The position numbers and the translations under genes were made by a program. A stretch of 64,000 nucleotides of DNA from Alphaproteobacteria bacterium (GTDB taxonomy: Bacteria; Pseudomonadota; Alphaproteobacteria; MPNO01), in contig CBDFLJ010000002.1 of assembly GCA_965248835.1 (NCBI GenBank), positions 768,001-832,000 of the forward strand, written 5' to 3'. The notes under the pieces are model-generated. The model ran no database searches. It was given only the letters and a program-made list of their open reading frames with translations, and was not told the DNA's origin. Below, piece after piece: positions 10,330-18,988 of this stretch (positions within the stretch are counted from its first letter, which is position 1; each line of letters opens with the position of its first letter).

Positions 10330-10492
10330 CTATCGGGGATTCCCCATATGGAACCTTCCCAGCCCGTTGAGCGTGACTCGAAACCGCTCGACGTACAACC
10401 CGCCTTCGAATGACGGCCATCTTCGCGCCGATCCGGATGATTGAGGATCAATTGGCGGCGTTGGTGGCGCGGAATGGCTTTTTTGCCGACGA
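10330..10492 (-). mobile_element. IS1380 right-end remnant, inverted copy of ~9415-9575
   Basis: Clear reverse-complement similarity over ~160 bp. Confidence 0.85.
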
Positions 10493-10744
10493 TCCCCACG
10501 ACCGACCGCCAGAGATCAAGAGCGGTCATGGTGTACCCCGCGATAGTGGTGGTACCGTCCTGGGCATGTCGGCACCCTCGAATGACGCTTGGCTCCCCCA
10601 GCGCAACCCCGGCTGCGGCGCCTATCTTGTGTGTGATGCCGATCCGGCGGTCGTGTTCCCGATCGTTTGCGACCCGTGCTGTCCTAGCGGTCGCTATCGG
10701 CTCTAAACCCTGACCCAGGGGTACGAGCCCCGCGCCCGCTCTAA

Positions 10745-11686
10745 GAGCCCTTCCGGAAAGTTCTTGAATCGGAAGAATCGTTTGTGATTCTGTGCTGGGC
10801 ATCCGGTTTACAGGAGGAAGCCCGATGTGGACTGCGGAACACCGCCGCGCGGCGGAGCGTCGCGGACTTCGCTATCCGAGTGATCTGACCGACGCCGAGT
10901 GGGCGCTGATCGCGCCAATGATCCCGCCTGCCAAGCGCGGCGGGCGCAAGCGCTCAGTCGACGTGCGCGAGGTTCTGAACGGCATCTTCACCGTGCTGTC
11001 CACGGGCTGCCAGTGGAATGCACTGCCCAAGGATCTGCCGCCGAAGTCGACGGTGTACGACTATTTCGATCTATGGGAGTGGGATGGCACGCTGGAGCGG
11101 ATCCATCATGAACTCTACGTCGCGGTGCGCGATGAGGAAGGACGCGAAGCCAGCCCGTCGGCCGCGGTCATCGACAGCCAGAGCGCCAAGGCGGCGCAAA
11201 AAGGGGGGCGTCGATCGACGATCAAGGCTTCGATGCGGGCAAGAAGGTCACCGGTCGCAAGCGGCACATCATGGTCGACACGCTCGGCCTGATGCTGGGC
11301 ATCGTGGTGCATTCCGGCGACGTTCAGGATCGCGACGGTGCCCACGAGCTCTTGCGCCGCACCCGGCGACGGTTCCCATTCATCGAGGTGATCTACGCCG
11401 ACGGCGGCTATCAGGGACCGAAGATGGCCGCGACTGTCGCCAAGACCGGGGGGTGGCGGCTCGAGATCGTCAAGCGCAACGACGTGCCCCGCTTCGAGGT
11501 GCTGCCAAAGCGTTGGATTGTCGAACGCACCTTCGCCTGGATCAGCCGCAACAGGCGCCTCGCTCGCGACTTCGAACGTCACGTTCGATCCGTCGTCGCC
11601 TTCATCCGACTCGCCATGATCCGCATCATGCTGCGCAGACTCGCCGCAACCCACTCACCATAGATTCAAACTTTCCGGATCGGCTC
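10745..11686 (+). mobile_element. IS5-family element (IS1031-like), copy 1
   Basis: Ends GAGCCCTTCCGGAAAG / CTTTCCGGATCGGCTC; TAA duplication; split transposase (YPSDLTDAEW, IDSQS, RWIVERTFAW) with an A-run/G-run frameshift site at ~11200. Confidence 0.95.
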
Positions 11687-11925
11687 TAAGACGTATCTAT
11701 AGGGCCGCGCGGGAAGCTGTGCGGTCTGGCAGGCGGCCGCCGTGAGGACTTGATCCCGCACAACTGCAGGTGCTCCACGATCTGAGCCGCAATATGGCGG
11801 AACGGGTTGTGGTCTCCTGGAAGGCGCTTGCGCGGCCAGCTCGGCGCCACTTTGTTCAAGGCCATCTCAACGTCGGACACGATCTTTTGCTTTGAGACAG
11901 GCCGGTTGTCGTCGTTCGTGCTCAT
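11686..11925 (-). CDS. Small hypothetical protein
   Basis: 79-aa ORF starting MSTNDDNRPVSKQ; its stop abuts the IS5 end. Confidence 0.4.
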   Translation of the reverse strand: MSTNDDNRPVSKQKIVSDVEMALNKVAPSWPRKRLPGDHNPFRHIAAQIVEHLQLCGIKSSRRPPARPHSFPRGPIDTS

Positions 11926-12073
11926 GGCCCAAGCGTATATCGGGACCAAAAAAACAGAACAAGGTGGGCGAAATCCGAGAACGTCGGTAGGCTCGCGGCC
12001 ATGTTTGTCGGCTTCCAGGGCCGATCGTGCTAGCCTCTTGACAACGCGGACGGGCGATCCGGGGAAGCGCAAG

Positions 12074-12819
12074 GTGAGAGCACTCGCAACACTATCGACG
12101 GCCCTTGTCGTAATGCTGGACTGGTCCGCCGCCGGTGCCGAGGACAATAAAATAGAGCCGTTCGGACCCGAGTGGTCCATCACCGAGAACCAGCCCTGCC
12201 AGGTGTGGAACGGCGACAGCAGGTTGGAAGAACCATACAGCTGGTCCGGTCGATGCGTCGACGGCAAGGTCTCGGGCGAGGGGCGACTGAGCGCTGCCGC
12301 GGGTCGGTACATCTACGAAGGCGACATGCGGGTCGGCAAGTTTCACGGCTTTGGGATCCTTACCGCACTCATCGGCTTCCGCTACGAGGGCGAGTTTCGC
12401 GATGGCAAGATGCACGGCCACGGCATCGCATCCATCCCAATGGCAACCGCTACGAGGGCGGGTTTCGCGACAACAAGATCCACGGCAGCGGGACGCTCAT
12501 CACAGCCACGGGCCACCGTTACGAAGGCGAGACGCGCGACGACAGGATCCACGGCCGCGGGACTCTCATTGCGGCCGACGGCAGCCGCTACGAGGGCGAG
12601 TGGCGCGACAACAAGGTCAATGGTCGCGGGACTCTAACGTGGGCCAATGGCAACCGATACGAAGGCGCGTGGCAGGACGGCAAGCCGCACGGCTGGGGGA
12701 TCTATGCCAGAACCGACGGCGAGGTTTACGAGGGCAATTGGTCCAACGGTTGCTTTGAGGGGAGAGATGGCCGGCGGGCATTTGTCAAAACGACCGCAGC
12801 GGCCTGCGGCTTCAAATAG
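12074..12819 (+). pseudogene. Secreted MORN-repeat protein, frameshifted at ~12435
   Basis: Signal-like N-terminus; ~7 repeats of YEGxWRDxKxHGxG split over two frames. Confidence 0.85.
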
Positions 12820-12855
12820 CCATATGGGCGAACCAGCGTTCGATAGAGGTCAGCC

Positions 12856-13548
12856 ATGTGCGGGCGCTTCACGCAGATGTATAGCTGGGAGCAGGTACGG
12901 GAATTCCTCGACCTGCTCGGTCCGCCGTAGAACCTCCAACCCCGATACAACGTCGCGCCGTCACAGAACGTCGCCGCGGTCCGCGCGGGCGAGGACGGGC
13001 GGCGGCTCTCGATGATCCGCTGGGGCCTGATTCCGGCCTGGGCGAAGGAGACCTCGATCGGTTACAAGCTGATCAATGCGCGCGCAGAAACCGCGGCATC
13101 GAAGCCGTCATTCCGTGCCGCGTTCAAATCTCGCCGCTGCGTCATCCCGGTGGACGGGTTCTACGAGTGGAAGAAGGAAGGCTCGACCAAGCACCCCTAC
13201 CGCATCCACATGAAGGACGAAGGGCTTTTCGCCTTCGCCGGGTTGTGGGAACGCTGGAAAGTCCGCTAGGGGTTGAAGCTGACAGGCAATCTATCCGACC
13301 GGCGCCCGGGAGACGAGATCGAGACCTGCACGATCCTGACCACCGAGGCGAACGCGTTTCTTGCGCCGATCCACGGCCGGATGCCGGTCATCCTCGACCC
13401 GGACGCGATCGACCCCTGGCTCGGCGGGGAAACGGTGCCGCTGGGCCCGTACCCCTCGGCCAAGATGGCCGCCCATCCGGTCAGCACTCTGGTCAACAGC
13501 CCGAAGAACGACGAGCCGCGGTGCGTGGAAGCGATTGGCGGCGGCTGA
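12856..13548 (+). pseudogene. Second SRAP/YedK copy with two in-frame TAG codons
   Basis: Same 693-nt length as 6169-6861 and highly similar; TAG at 12928 (CAG in copy 1) and 13267 (GAG in copy 1). Confidence 0.95.
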
Positions 13549-13584
13549 CCCGCCCGACACCCGTTGTCCCGTCGTGCACGACGC

Positions 13585-13790
13585 AGGAGCGCCCAAGTCA
13601 CCTCGGGCGCAGGTGGGTAGTGCTTGCGCGCGGCCAGCGTGAAGAACGGATCGTAGGCCCCCGGCACCCCGGCGGCAGCGCAGCGGTAGTCGCCCGCGCG
13701 CGCCTGCGCTGCGGTCGTAGCGGCGGCCAGGACGGCGGTCAGGACGGCGGCGAGGACCGCGGCGACCGCAAGATCCCGGAGGATCACAAC
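13585..13790 (-). pseudogene. Possible N-terminal remnant of a phage lytic transglycosylase/endolysin
   Basis: Signal-like segment, then YDPFFTLAARKHYP...WALL, truncated; follows holin-like genes. Confidence 0.35.
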
Positions 13791-14149
13791 CACACCCCCC
13801 AGACCGTCACGATGAAGATGATCGCGCAGATGCGGATGGTCGCGTTCAGATTCACGCGGTTTGCCGCCTGGACCTCTTCCGCCGTCACCTTGCCGCCGTC
13901 CTTGAGCCGGCCGTAGACGGCTTCGACGATGTCCCAGTTCGGCGCGATCACCCACGGCGCGAATTTCAGGATCGCACCGATGATGGCAAGCCCGAGCGCC
14001 GCCCCGAACACGACATAGAGCGCTTTGCTGGCGAGCACCCCGGCCGATGGCAGTTGCGCGCCGAGATCGATGACGTTGGCCGTCTGCGCCTCGGCCGAGG
14101 CGCCGCCGGCGCAAACCATCAGAACGGCAATGCACAGGATTCCAATCAT
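13784..14149 (-). CDS. Phage-like membrane protein (3 hydrophobic segments)
   Basis: Hydrophobic ORF translationally adjacent to neighbours in a lysis-like module. Confidence 0.55.
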   Translation of the reverse strand: MIGILCIAVLMVCAGGASAEAQTANVIDLGAQLPSAGVLASKALYVVFGAALGLAIIGAILKFAPWVIAPNWDIVEAVYGRLKDGGKVTAEEVQAANRVNLNATIRICAIIFIVTVWGVWL

Positions 14150-14161
14150 CGTAACCCCCGA

Positions 14162-14521
14162 CTACGGTTTGCGCGCTTCCTCGAACCGGCCTTCGAGGCG
14201 GGCCATTTCCTTCGACAGCCCGTTGAGCCGCTCATGCAGCTTGGCCCGGTCGGCCTTCGCTTCGAGCGCCTGGGTGGTGATGACATCGGCCAGCTGATTG
14301 CCCAGGCGGTCGACCGAGTCGCGGATCTCGGCGTGCTCGGTGGTGCATTGCGCACGGTGCTCGCCGCGCCACGACTGCAGCGCCGCGATGTCCTTTTCGG
14401 TCGCCGTGCGAAACGCCGTCGTGTCCTTGATCGATGTCGACAGCCGCATCCACAGCGTCGACAGCCCGACCAGGATGCCGATCAGCCCGGCGATGGAGAT
14501 ATGGCCCAGCGTGATTTCCAT
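14162..14521 (-). CDS. Phage holin/XhlA-like protein (N-terminal TM plus coiled coil)
   Basis: TM ISIAGLIGILVGL followed by a heptad-rich region; position after tail gene. Confidence 0.55.
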   Translation of the reverse strand: MEITLGHISIAGLIGILVGLSTLWMRLSTSIKDTTAFRTATEKDIAALQSWRGEHRAQCTTEHAEIRDSVDRLGNQLADVITTQALEAKADRAKLHERLNGLSKEMARLEGRFEEARKP

Positions 14522-14558
14522 CGATCAGGCGGCCGCGCCGGTTATGGCGGGCTCGGGA

Positions 14559-15755
14559 TCAAGAAGCGAGGTCATTGTCGTACACCACAACGTTATGGGC
14601 GCCGCCCCCTCTTGAGATAAAAGAGGTCGTGGTCTTGTTGACGACCCAGTGGTTCTGTTCTGCCTCCACCGTAAGTTGAACGACGTAGTTCGCGTTCGGC
14701 CGCGCGGTCGTGAATGTCCAAAGTTTCCCGAGGGAGTGTGCGACGACGGACGCAAAGCCATAATTGGCGGTAAAGACATTTCCCGTTGTGCAATGTCCAA
14801 ATGCGACCGGAAGAATGCGGCGCACGTCTTCCTCGAGCGCGGCGTAGGGGATGTCGTTAAGCTGATCGACGGGGACATGGGCGTTATCGTCGAGGCTCGC
14901 CAAGCCGTTGGCGGTACCGCGCGGCAGGCGGCCGATGCCCACCGTCCCGGCCGTGATCTTGTCGGCGTTGAGGCCCGGGATCTTGTCGGCGGCGAGCGTG
15001 CCCTCGGTGATCTTGTCGGCATTGAGGCCGGGGATCGTGTCGGGCGGGAAGGTGCCGTTGTCCTCGAGCGCGGCCAGGTCGCCGGCGGCGGTGCCGACGT
15101 TGCGCCGGACGGCCAAGCCGAGGGGCAAGCCGACAACGAAAAACTTCGAGCCGGTGTAGAGAACGGTGACGAAATCGTTGTCGTGGAAAACGCCCGCCCC
15201 GGCCCGGGTTGCGCCCTGCATGTAGACGTCCTTGGCGCCCAGCCCGGAGACATTGATCGTCACATCGGCCGTGCTCGCGGCCTCGACCTGGAACGTGAAC
15301 CGCTGGCCGCCCGCGTAGGCCGCGATCGCCGGCGACAGGGCGAGGGTGATCGCGTCCGCCGTGCCGCCGACACCGCTGGCGGGAACGATCTCGGGCCGGC
15401 CGTCCTGGATCTGTCCGAGCGCGGCGTATTGGTCGCGGGCCTCGGCGTCGCCAACGCCGGTGTGCTTGCGGCCGCCCATCGGCAGATCGGCCGAGGGCCG
15501 GTTCTGGCCGTCGCGCGTCAGGCAGTTCTCCAGACCGGTCGCGAGGTCTTCGTCATGGGTGTCCGAGACCGCCTCGAGGCGGCTGGCGATGCGCCGGTGG
15601 TGGCCGGCGGGCGCGTAGCTCGGAAGCGTCGCCTCAGTGTAGGCGATCAGGTCGTGGCGCGCCTTGCGGCGCTGCATCTCGGTCAGCAGCGCCGTCAGCT
15701 CGCGCAAGTCCGAGCTGTCGGGCGAGCCGCCTTGCGCGGTCTTTGAGGGAGTCAT
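14559..15755 (-). CDS. In-frame chimera: terminase large subunit N-terminus fused to a tail-fibre-like protein
   Basis: ARHDLIAYT...HHRRIASRLEAV, then DLATGLENCLTRDGQ...LPMGG and IPGLNADKIT repeats; junction ~15565. Confidence 0.7.
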   Translation of the reverse strand: MTPSKTAQGGSPDSSDLRELTALLTEMQRRKARHDLIAYTEATLPSYAPAGHHRRIASRLEAVSDTHDEDLATGLENCLTRDGQNRPSADLPMGGRKHTGVGDAEARDQYAALGQIQDGRPEIVPASGVGGTADAITLALSPAIAAYAGGQRFTFQVEAASTADVTINVSGLGAKDVYMQGATRAGAGVFHDNDFVTVLYTGSKFFVVGLPLGLAVRRNVGTAAGDLAALEDNGTFPPDTIPGLNADKITEGTLAADKIPGLNADKITAGTVGIGRLPRGTANGLASLDDNAHVPVDQLNDIPYAALEEDVRRILPVAFGHCTTGNVFTANYGFASVVAHSLGKLWTFTTARPNANYVVQLTVEAEQNHWVVNKTTTSFISRGGGAHNVVVYDNDLAS

Positions 15756-16113
15756 CGTCGAGGTCTCGGAACTCTCCGGGTGCGCCGACCTCGCGGCGCT
15801 CTATCAGCATGCCGAGATGCTTGGCAAGCGTCGTCCATGCCGCAACCCGCGCACCGTGGCTCGACCCTTCGCCGGTCCTGCGGGCCTCGGCGAGCAGCCC
15901 GGCGACCACGTCGTTCGCCGTAAGCGCCAGGTCCCTGGCGCGTGCGCTCATCAGCCGATCGATCTCGGCGGCCACCGCTTCATGGCGCAACAGCCGCCAG
16001 CCGGTCCGTCCCGCCGACCGCGCACTATACCCGGCGCGCACCGCCGCCCGGGTCGCGTTGAGGTCAACGATATACGCGGCGGCAAACCGCCGCTGTCGCG
16101 CGGTCATGGTCAT
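15634..16113 (-). CDS. terS: Phage terminase small subunit
   Basis: TARQRRFAAAYIVDLNATRAAVRAGYS...LAKHLGM. Confidence 0.9.
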   Translation of the reverse strand: MTMTARQRRFAAAYIVDLNATRAAVRAGYSARSAGRTGWRLLRHEAVAAEIDRLMSARARDLALTANDVVAGLLAEARRTGEGSSHGARVAAWTTLAKHLGMLIERREVGAPGEFRDLDDDSLKDRARRLARQLGLARADGAADRDAAPQGAPRPDRLH

Positions 16114-16213
16114 CGAACAAGCCTTGCAAGGCGATCGTGTCGTTCGTCAATATGTTTCCGCCGCCGAGCCGGCGGACGCTTGCGGCGCGTAACGCTGCGC
16201 GCTACAGTGAGGC

Positions 16214-16486
16214 ATGAAGATCAGGCACAGGGGACTGCGGGCGTTGCACGAACGCGACGATGCCGCGCGGCTGCCTGCCGGTCTGGTGGCACGGCTCCGG
16301 CGCATCCTGTTCCGGCTGCAAGAGGCGGCGCATCCGGGCAGCGCCGACGCGCCCGGCTTCCGGCTGCATCCCCTGAAGGGCGACCGCGCGGGCCAGTGGA
16401 GCGTTCGCGTCTCCGGCAACTGGCGTGTGGTGTTCCGCTTCGAGGACGGCGAGGCTGTGGACGTGGACCTGATCGACTATCACTGA
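16214..16486 (+). CDS. higB: HigB toxin
   Basis: RHRGLR...PGFRLHPLKGDRAGQWSVRVSGNWRVVFRF...LIDYH. Confidence 0.92.
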   Translation: MKIRHRGLRALHERDDAARLPAGLVARLRRILFRLQEAAHPGSADAPGFRLHPLKGDRAGQWSVRVSGNWRVVFRFEDGEAVDVDLIDYH

Positions 16487-16505
16487 CCGAAGGGGAGCGC
16501 TGACC

Positions 16506-16820
16506 ATGAACGACATTGCAAACGACCGCGTTGGCCCGATGCAGAACCCGCCCCACCTGGGCGAACTGATCCGCGAGAGCATGGACGAAATGGGCTGGAA
16601 CGTGACCGAGACGGCGGCGCGCCTCGGCTGCGAGCGCGGAACGCTGTCGCGGCTGCTGAACGGCAAGGCGGGCGTGTCCGCGAACATGGCGCTGGCGTTG
16701 GAGGACATCGGCTGGGGCACCGCCGAGCACTGGATGCGGATGCAGGCGAGCTACGAGCTTGCGCAGGCGCGCCGGGACCGCGCCGCCGCCGACCGGCGCG
16801 CGGGCGCATTGCACGCATGA
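16506..16820 (+). CDS. higA: HigA antitoxin
   Basis: MQNPPHLGELIRE plus HTH; WMRMQASYEL. Confidence 0.92.
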   Translation: MNDIANDRVGPMQNPPHLGELIRESMDEMGWNVTETAARLGCERGTLSRLLNGKAGVSANMALALEDIGWGTAEHWMRMQASYELAQARRDRAAADRRAGALHA

Positions 16821-16914
16821 TCCGGTTTCGGGGATGCGCTGCGGGGGCGGGGACCGTCCCGGATGCCGTCGTTCGTCTGTCCGTGCCGCTTGCGGCCAAC
16901 GGCAAGCTGTCCCT

Positions 16915-17075
16915 CGCTCGGCGGCTATCAGGTGTTCAAGAAATGGCTCTCCCACCGTAAAAGCGATATCCTCGGACGTGCGCTCAAGCCCGAAGACATC
17001 CGGCATTTCGCCGATACGGCGCGGCGGATTTTCGGGATATTGGGCATGTCAGGAGCAAGGATGACGAATAAATGA
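16915..17075 (+). pseudogene. C-terminal remnant of a type ISP-like restriction-modification enzyme
   Basis: LGGYQVFKKWLSHR...LGRALKPEDIRHFADTARRI. Confidence 0.65.
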
Positions 17076-18061
17076 GCAGCAACACGACTTGCCCGATTTG
17101 GGGTACGCCAGCCACCCTAGCTTTAGAGAAATACGGACGATATGTGGATTCGCCGCGTGCGGGCGGCAGGTACTTTATTTCCGGATTGGCAGAAGTCGTT
17201 CTAGGAAATTGCGATGATCGTGTGAAGGTGCGGCTTACGACTTGGTTAGTCGAACAGCGTCGACTCGGGATCTCGTGTCCAGAAATTGATACAGAAACGA
17301 TTAACGACGCGGAACAGCAGAGAGATACGGACGTTTCCGATCGCGCCGATGGCATTCTCAGATATCTGGCGACAAGATCGGAAATTCTGGGAACAAGGAT
17401 TGCCTATCGCATCTTGGTCAAATTGTCCGACGAGATACAACTGGACGATCTCTATAAGTCCTATTTTGAGATTCTTTCACATTCCGGCTGTGTTGGTTAT
17501 GATGATTTTCTTTTCCTTCTGAACTATCTGCAAAAGTGCGGTTTGATTGAATGCAGCGGCACCACTAATCCAATACAGAAATGTGCTTTGACTGTGGATG
17601 GTTACGCGAGACTGGCCGAACTGGAAAAAACCTATACGGCTTCTCCAAGAGCTTTCGTCGCGATGTGGTTTGATCCTTCCATGGACGAAGCCTGGAAACA
17701 TGGATTTGATCCAGCGATCCGCAACGCGGGGTACCAGCCGGTGCGGATCGATCAGCAGCAGCATTTGAACAAGATCGACGATGAGATCATCGCCGAAATA
17801 CGCAGAGCTCGCTTTGTTGTGGCGGATTTCACGCAAGGCGACAAGGGAGCGCGCGGCGGCGTCTACTATGAAGCGGGGTTTGCGCATGGCCTCGCTATCC
17901 CGGTCATATTTACGTGTCAGAAGGATTCGCTTGATAATATTCATTTTGATACACGTCAATACAACCACATCGTGTGGACTGAACCGGAGGAACTGCGGAG
18001 CAGTTTGACAAGCCGTATCGCTGCCGTGATCGGAGATGGACCGAACAAGCCTCCAGACTAA
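17072..18061 (+). CDS. Protein with C-terminal nucleoside 2-deoxyribosyltransferase/TIR-like domain
   Basis: AFVAMWF, IDDEIIAEIRRARFVVADFT, GGVYYEAGFA, HFDTRQYNHIVW; lower GC. Confidence 0.8.
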   Translation: MSSNTTCPIWGTPATLALEKYGRYVDSPRAGGRYFISGLAEVVLGNCDDRVKVRLTTWLVEQRRLGISCPEIDTETINDAEQQRDTDVSDRADGILRYLATRSEILGTRIAYRILVKLSDEIQLDDLYKSYFEILSHSGCVGYDDFLFLLNYLQKCGLIECSGTTNPIQKCALTVDGYARLAELEKTYTASPRAFVAMWFDPSMDEAWKHGFDPAIRNAGYQPVRIDQQQHLNKIDDEIIAEIRRARFVVADFTQGDKGARGGVYYEAGFAHGLAIPVIFTCQKDSLDNIHFDTRQYNHIVWTEPEELRSSLTSRIAAVIGDGPNKPPD

Positions 18062-18080
18062 CAACAAAACAAACTTCGAC

Positions 18081-18590
18081 TCATGTGGCCGCGTCCGCCA
18101 TCGTCTCCGCGGTGACGCTTCCGACCCTCTCCGCAACCTCGACAAGATATGTGTCGGCAAGATGAGCGTATCCGGCTGTCGTTCGATGCCGCCGGTGCCC
18201 GAGCAGCTTGCCGACCAGCGGCAGGTTTTCGCCCGACATGACGGTGTGACTGGCGGCGGTGTGCCGAAGGTCATGCAGGCGCAGCCTGCCGAGCTTCGCG
18301 TCCGCGCAGACAGTGCGCCAACAATCCGTCAGTATCCATATGCCCCGGCCTTCGGCATGCCGTGGAAACAGATGCGCCTCCGGGTTGCGGGGACCGGGCA
18401 GCGCTTCGATCAGCGCCAGCGCGGCCTCGCCGAGCGGCACCGCGCGGGCCGGTCTTGGAGTCGGGCAGGTTGATCGCGTCGCCGCCGATGTCGCGCCAGC
18501 GCAGATTGAGCACTTCGCTCCGGCGACATCCCGTCAGCGCCAACAGCCGGATGGCGGCGACGGCCTGGGAGGGCTCTACGTGGAAATGCC
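18081..18590 (-). pseudogene. Tyrosine recombinase C-terminal remnant, frameshifted
   Basis: LLALTGCRRSEV, LHDLRHT, LLGHRRHRTTAGYAH; 5' part missing. Confidence 0.9.
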
Positions 18591-18634
18591 GGCGAAGATC
18601 TCCTATGGTCAAACGGGATGGAGGATGAACGACC

Positions 18635-18976
18635 ATGACTGTCTTCGACCAGCGCGGCCAGACGGTTGGCTGGCAATACAACGCGGCGGGCAACATCAAT
18701 TTTGGAGCGGTGTCAAATCGCGCCGCGTTTCACGACGAGCTCCGGAAACTGGAGGCGGAGGTGGCTTCCGCCATATCCGCCAAGGCGATCGAAGGCGAGA
18801 TTGCTGTCGATGTCGAACATGCCATGAAGAAGGCAGTGATACAGGCGGAGAAGCCGGAGCCGGAGAAGTCTGCACTGGTCGAGTACCTGACCAGGGCCAA
18901 GGATCTGGTCGCCGGCGTATCGGGGTTGGCCGGCGCCTTCTCGGCGGCGATCAAACAGGTTCAATCACTCTTCTGA
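18635..18976 (+). CDS. Small helical protein with N-terminal Q/N/G-rich motif; candidate NLR effector
   Basis: GGAGG RBS; FDQRGQTVGWQYNAAGNINFG, then a helical domain with an amphipathic C-terminal helix. Confidence 0.8.
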   Translation: MTVFDQRGQTVGWQYNAAGNINFGAVSNRAAFHDELRKLEAEVASAISAKAIEGEIAVDVEHAMKKAVIQAEKPEPEKSALVEYLTRAKDLVAGVSGLAGAFSAAIKQVQSLF

Positions 18977-18988
18977 GGGTCCGACATC

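Noticed and set aside
12856-13548. Amber recoding or pyrrolysine readthrough
   Set aside because: TAG is the real stop of several genes here, including SRAP copy 1; no pyl genes or suppressor tRNA seen
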